Under the pieces are notes generated by a model. It was given only the letters and a program-made list of their open reading frames with translations, ran no database searches and was not told the origin of the DNA. DNA of 64,000 nt from Vitiosangium sp. GDMCC 1.1324. Lineage in GTDB: Bacteria; Myxococcota; Myxococcia; Myxococcales; Myxococcaceae. Both the position numbers and the translations under genes were made by a program. The stretch covers positions 323,493-387,492 of the forward strand of contig NZ_PZOX01000005.1 of NCBI RefSeq assembly GCF_003044305.1. The letters are read 5' to 3'. This document shows, in pieces, positions 60,274 through 64,000 of the stretch; within the stretch, counting starts at the first letter, position 1; each line of letters begins with the position of its first letter.

Positions 60274-62370
60274 CTACCAGACCTCGCAGCGCTGCGCGGC
60301 CGGGCGCACCATCTTCGCGCCTTCCTTGCACTGGAAGGCCTTCTGGAACCCGGGCAGGTTCACCACCGGCCCGTTCACCCGCCAGTACGGCGGCGAGTGC
60401 GGATCCACCACCGCCATCTGCCTCGCGAACGCGTCCCGGTACTTCGAGCACCACGACTGCGCGTATCCCAGGAAGAACTGCTGGCTCGGCGTGAACCGGT
60501 AGCTGTTCGCCTGCTTCGCCACCTCCGGCTCCTTCGCCAGCCACGCCTCCATCGCCGCGTGCGCCAGCTTCAGTCCTCCCAGGTCCGCCACGTTCTCGCC
60601 CAGCGTCAGCGCTCCGTTCACCTTCAGCTCGTCCACCGCCGTGTAGCCGTCGTACTGCGCCTTCACGCACGCCACGCGCTCGCGGAATGCCTTGTCCGAG
60701 GCCTGCGTCCACCAGTCGCGCAGGTTGCCCTCCGCGTCGTACTGACGGCCCTCGTCGTCGAAGCCGTGGGTGATCTCATGCCCCACCACCATCCCCATCG
60801 CCCCGAAGTTCACCGCCGGCGTCGCCTCGCGCGTGAAGAATGGAGGCTGCAGGATGCCCGCAGGGAAGACGATCTCGTTGAACGGCGGGTTGTAGTAGGC
60901 GTTCACCGTCGGCGGCGACATCAGCCACTCGGCCTTGTCCACCGGCTTGCCGATCTTCGCCAGCTGCCGCGCCTGCTCGAACGCCGCCGCGTTCTGGAAC
61001 GAGTTCAGGAACGAGCCCCGCTCCACCTTCAGCGCGTCGTAGTTCCGCCACTGGTCCGGATAGCCAATCTTGTTGATGATCTTCCGCACCTTCACCAGCG
61101 CCTGCTCGCGCGTGGGCGCGTCCATCCACGTCAGCGTGTCCAGGTTGCGCTCGAAGGCCTTCTCGATCTCCACCACCATGTCCTGCGTGGTCTTCTTGCC
61201 CTCCGCGCCGAACGTCTGCGTGATGAAGGGCTGCGCCAGCGCCTCGCCCAGCGCTCCGTTGGTGAAGCGCACGCACTTCTTCCAGCGCGGCACATCCTCC
61301 TTCGCTCCCGTCAGGTTCTGCGCGTTGAAGCGGAAGCGCTCGTCCTGGAAGCTCTTGGGCAGCGCCGGAACGACGCTCACCACGTAGTTCCAGGTCAGGT
61401 AGGGCTTCCAGGCATCGGGCTTCGTCGCCTTCACCAGGCGATCCACTTCCGCGAAGAACGGCGGGTGGGTGACGTTGAGCGCCTGCACGTCCTTGGCGCT
61501 CGCCGCCGTGAAGTACACGTCCCACGGGAATGTCGGCGCGGTCTCCTTCAGTCCCTTGCGCTCCAGCCGGTGGTAGACGTTCTTCGGCTCGCGGCGGTCC
61601 ACGCGCGACAGCGAGGCCTTCGCCAGCGCAGTCTCCAGCTCCATCACCGACGCCGCGCTCTTCGCCGCCTGCTCGGGCTTCTCGCCCAGCAGCCCGAAGA
61701 TGTTCTTCATATGCTCCACGTACGCCGCGCGCAGCGCCTTCGATTTCTCGTCATCCTTCAGGTAGTAGTCCCGGTCCGGCAGACCGAGTCCGCCCTGATC
61801 CACCTCTCCGATGACCTGGGTGGCGTCCTTGAAGTCGGTGTTGGAGCCGAGCTGGAAGAACGGGAACACGTGCTGGGCATGCAGCGAGCCCACCACCTGG
61901 GCCAGCTCCTTGGCGTTCTTCACCGCCGTCAGCTTCGCCAGCTGGGCCTTCAACACGGGCAGCGATGCCTCGAGCTGGTTCTCGTCCATACAGGCGCCGT
62001 AGTAGTCCCCCAGCTTCTGCGCGTAGGGCGTGCCCTCGGGGGCCTTGCCCGTGGACGTCGCCGCCAGGATGTCCCGGAGGATTTCCTCGTTACGCGCCGC
62101 GATGGTGTCGAAGCCTCGCGACCAACGTGGGCGATCCGCGGGAATCTCCGCGCTCTTCACCCAGTTGCCGCACGCGTACTCGTAGAAGTCCTCGCAGGGA
62201 TTCGCCTGCTCATTGAGCGCCGCGGCGTCCAGCCCGGACGGCAGCGGCTTCGTCTCGGCCACCGGCTGCGGCTGGGGCGCAGGCGCGGACTGAGGCTGCG
62301 CGGGAGCGGGTTCCGCCGTCTTGCAGGCGGACGCCAGGAGACAGCAGGCGGCGAGCAATGCCTTTCTCAT
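60274..62370 (-). CDS. M13 family metallopeptidase (neprilysin/PepO-like) lipoprotein
   Basis: Lipobox (MRKALLAACCLLASAC). HEXXH (VVGHEITHGFDD) and ENxADxGG (GENVADLGG). C-terminal CEVW. Confidence 0.9.
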   Translation of the reverse strand: MRKALLAACCLLASACKTAEPAPAQPQSAPAPQPQPVAETKPLPSGLDAAALNEQANPCEDFYEYACGNWVKSAEIPADRPRWSRGFDTIAARNEEILRDILAATSTGKAPEGTPYAQKLGDYYGACMDENQLEASLPVLKAQLAKLTAVKNAKELAQVVGSLHAQHVFPFFQLGSNTDFKDATQVIGEVDQGGLGLPDRDYYLKDDEKSKALRAAYVEHMKNIFGLLGEKPEQAAKSAASVMELETALAKASLSRVDRREPKNVYHRLERKGLKETAPTFPWDVYFTAASAKDVQALNVTHPPFFAEVDRLVKATKPDAWKPYLTWNYVVSVVPALPKSFQDERFRFNAQNLTGAKEDVPRWKKCVRFTNGALGEALAQPFITQTFGAEGKKTTQDMVVEIEKAFERNLDTLTWMDAPTREQALVKVRKIINKIGYPDQWRNYDALKVERGSFLNSFQNAAAFEQARQLAKIGKPVDKAEWLMSPPTVNAYYNPPFNEIVFPAGILQPPFFTREATPAVNFGAMGMVVGHEITHGFDDEGRQYDAEGNLRDWWTQASDKAFRERVACVKAQYDGYTAVDELKVNGALTLGENVADLGGLKLAHAAMEAWLAKEPEVAKQANSYRFTPSQQFFLGYAQSWCSKYRDAFARQMAVVDPHSPPYWRVNGPVVNLPGFQKAFQCKEGAKMVRPAAQRCEVW

Positions 62371-62638
62371 CCAGTATTTCTCCATGTAGAGAGTCAAAGC
62401 GGTCCGCACCCTACTCGGCGGCTGGCTCCCTGCAACCTCTGGATGTGAGTGGCACTCCACGGCGAGCATGGGAGTGGGAACGCCTCGACACTCCGCGCCT
62501 CGGAGCCCCAGGCCCGGCGCTCCACGTACGCACCGCGCGAGGACGGGTGACACGGTGCGACGCGGCTCTCCATGATGTCCATCCCTCCCCCCGCCCTTCA
62601 CTCCCAGGACGAGGCGGAGGGTGGCGCCCGGGTGGGGA

Positions 62639-63196
62639 CTACTTGCCCAGCATTGCGTCCTTGAGGCTCTCGTCGACCGGGCTCTTCCCCAGCCACACCG
62701 AGAAGAGCGCGTCCGAGAAGTCCTTGCCCTCCACCGAGATCTTCTGCCCCGCCTTGCTCTCGATGGTGGTGCCCTTGCCCGGCGTGTACGTCAGCACCAG
62801 CTCGTCGCCCTTCTTCAGGTCCGGGATCGCCGCGGTGAACGTGTCCAGCCGCTGCTGCAGCGCCGGCAGCTTGTCCTTCGCGTTCTTCTTGAAGCCTTCC
62901 TCGATGGCCTCGACGATCGTCTTCTTCTCCAGGTCGCGCAGCATGGACATCCGCACGCGCTTCACCTGATCCGACTCGATGACCTGCTGGGCACTCTGCG
63001 ACGGGTTCTGCAGGTACAGCCCGGCCGTGTACACGTTGAAGACGAACTTCTTGCGCAGGCCCGCACCGTTCAGCTTCAACTCCTTGCCCTCGACCGTCAC
63101 CGTGTCGGGGAACTGAACCCCCGACACCTCCTTGGCGGCAGCGGGCAGCGCGAGCACGACGGCCATCACGACAGCGCACAGCGTAGCGTTCTTCAT
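62639..63196 (-). CDS. chalcone isomerase-like family periplasmic protein
   Basis: AGGAGGGG ribosome-binding site. Signal peptide (MKNATLCAVVMAVVLALPAAA). CHI-like fold family pattern (GVQFPDTV...GAGLRKKFVFNVYTAGLYL). Confidence 0.6.
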   Translation of the reverse strand: MKNATLCAVVMAVVLALPAAAKEVSGVQFPDTVTVEGKELKLNGAGLRKKFVFNVYTAGLYLQNPSQSAQQVIESDQVKRVRMSMLRDLEKKTIVEAIEEGFKKNAKDKLPALQQRLDTFTAAIPDLKKGDELVLTYTPGKGTTIESKAGQKISVEGKDFSDALFSVWLGKSPVDESLKDAMLGK

Positions 63197-63289
63197 GACC
63201 CCTCCTGAAAGGTAAGGCCCCCCAGGTCTAGCCAATCGAACGCCCCTCCGTCGACAGATGGATGGATGGCGCCTCGCGTCAGCGGCGCC

Positions 63290-64000
63290 CTACCCGTTCT
63301 TGCGGATGAACTCCTCCATGAAGGACACCAGCGTCCGCACGTTGTCCACCGTCACCGCGTTGTACAGGGACACCCGGATGCCCCCCGCCGTGCGGTAGCC
63401 CTTGAGGCCCACCATGCCCACCTTCTTCGCCTCGGCCACGAACCGGTCGTCCAGCTCCGGCGTGGGCAGCTTGAAGACCGCGTTCATGTACGAGCGCGAG
63501 TCCTTCTCCACCGGCGCCTGGTAGAAGCCGGCGTGCTTGTCGAGTGCCGCGTAGAGCAGCTCGCCCTTCTGCCGGTTCCACTTCTCCAGCTGGGGCAGCC
63601 CTCCCACCTGCTTCACCCAGGCCAGCACATTGCGGCACAGGTAGATGGCCAAGGTCGGTGGGGTGTTGTAGAGCGAGTTGTTTTCCGCGTGGGTCGAGTA
63701 GCGGAAGATCTTCGGGATGTCCTTGCGGCCACGGGCGATGAAGTCCTTGCGGGCCACGGCGATCAACACGCCCGAGGGGCCGAGGTTCTTCTGGGCTCCC
63801 GCGTAGATGAAGGAGAAGCGGCTCACGTCCGTCGGCTTCCACAGGAAGTCCGAGCTCATGTCCGCCACCAGCGGGACGTCCCCCACCTCGGGCCACCAGT
63901 GCCACTGGGTGCCGTAGATGGTGTTGTTGGTCGTCACGTGGACGTAGGCCGCCTTTGGATCCAGCTTCAGCTCGTCCTGGCGCGGAATCCGCACGTAGCG
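63290..64000 (-). CDS. serC: phosphoserine aminotransferase, C-terminal part (5' portion of the gene lies beyond the window end)
   Basis: Track ORF 63290..63994 reads ...[18 protein letters not shown]...[13 protein letters not shown]...[12 protein letters not shown], the SerC C-terminal half. The frame is open to the window edge. Confidence 0.8.
   Translation of the reverse strand, partial: RYVRIPRQDELKLDPKAAYVHVTTNNTIYGTQWHWWPEVGDVPLVADMSSDFLWKPTDVSRFSFIYAGAQKNLGPSGVLIAVARKDFIARGRKDIPKIFRYSTHAENNSLYNTPPTLAIYLCRNVLAWVKQVGGLPQLEKWNRQKGELLYAALDKHAGFYQAPVEKDSRSYMNAVFKLPTPELDDRFVAEAKKVGMVGLKGYRTAGGIRVSLYNAVTVDNVRTLVSFMEEFIRKNG

Noticed and set aside
60397-62448. 683-aa plus-strand ORF antisense to the M13 peptidase, plus similar antisense ORFs at 9844..11787, 11034..12605, 19671..21059, 22159..23940, 28569..30002, 29911..31422 and 33219..34814
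   Set aside because: All are arginine/histidine/leucine-rich shadows opposite genes with clear catalytic motifs.

Overview
High-GC (about 68-70%) chromosomal segment with Myxococcaceae-type gene content. No CRISPR array, integrase, transposase or clear prophage was found. Most genes are core/housekeeping: groES-groEL behind a canonical CIRCE operator, glutaredoxin, rpoZ, smc, prfA-prmC-murA, a tRNA-Gly(CCC), an LdtD/MepK-like peptidoglycan pair, and a partial serC at the 3' edge. Between these lie several accessory-looking blocks: (1) an ECF sigma / zinc anti-sigma / outer-membrane-anchored caspase(C14)-beta-barrel fusion / lipoprotein operon; (2) a sulfate-ester locus with a SulP transporter, a HAD phosphatase, two inverted paralogous signal-peptide-less Cys-type sulfatases carrying a CTAGR (Ala-for-Pro) FGly motif, an FGE, two small membrane/OMP genes and an aquaporin; (3) a Pol-beta-fold nucleotidyltransferase overlapping a metallophosphoesterase; (4) an FHA-domain NtrC-type activator with a degenerate GAFTGA motif; (5) several unusual small or repeat proteins: an AAAVGT-repeat secreted peptide coupled to a DUF2092 protein, a candidate 34-aa highly basic peptide, a triple zinc-ribbon protein and a 4x PPC-domain lipoprotein. 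Many long ORFs in the six-frame track are antisense shadows of real genes (R/A/G/P-rich), typical of high-GC DNA, and were rejected. Coordinates come from the ORF track plus residue counting; starts are +/- a few codons, and my direct reading of the printed sequence disagreed with the track by 1 nt at a few sites.
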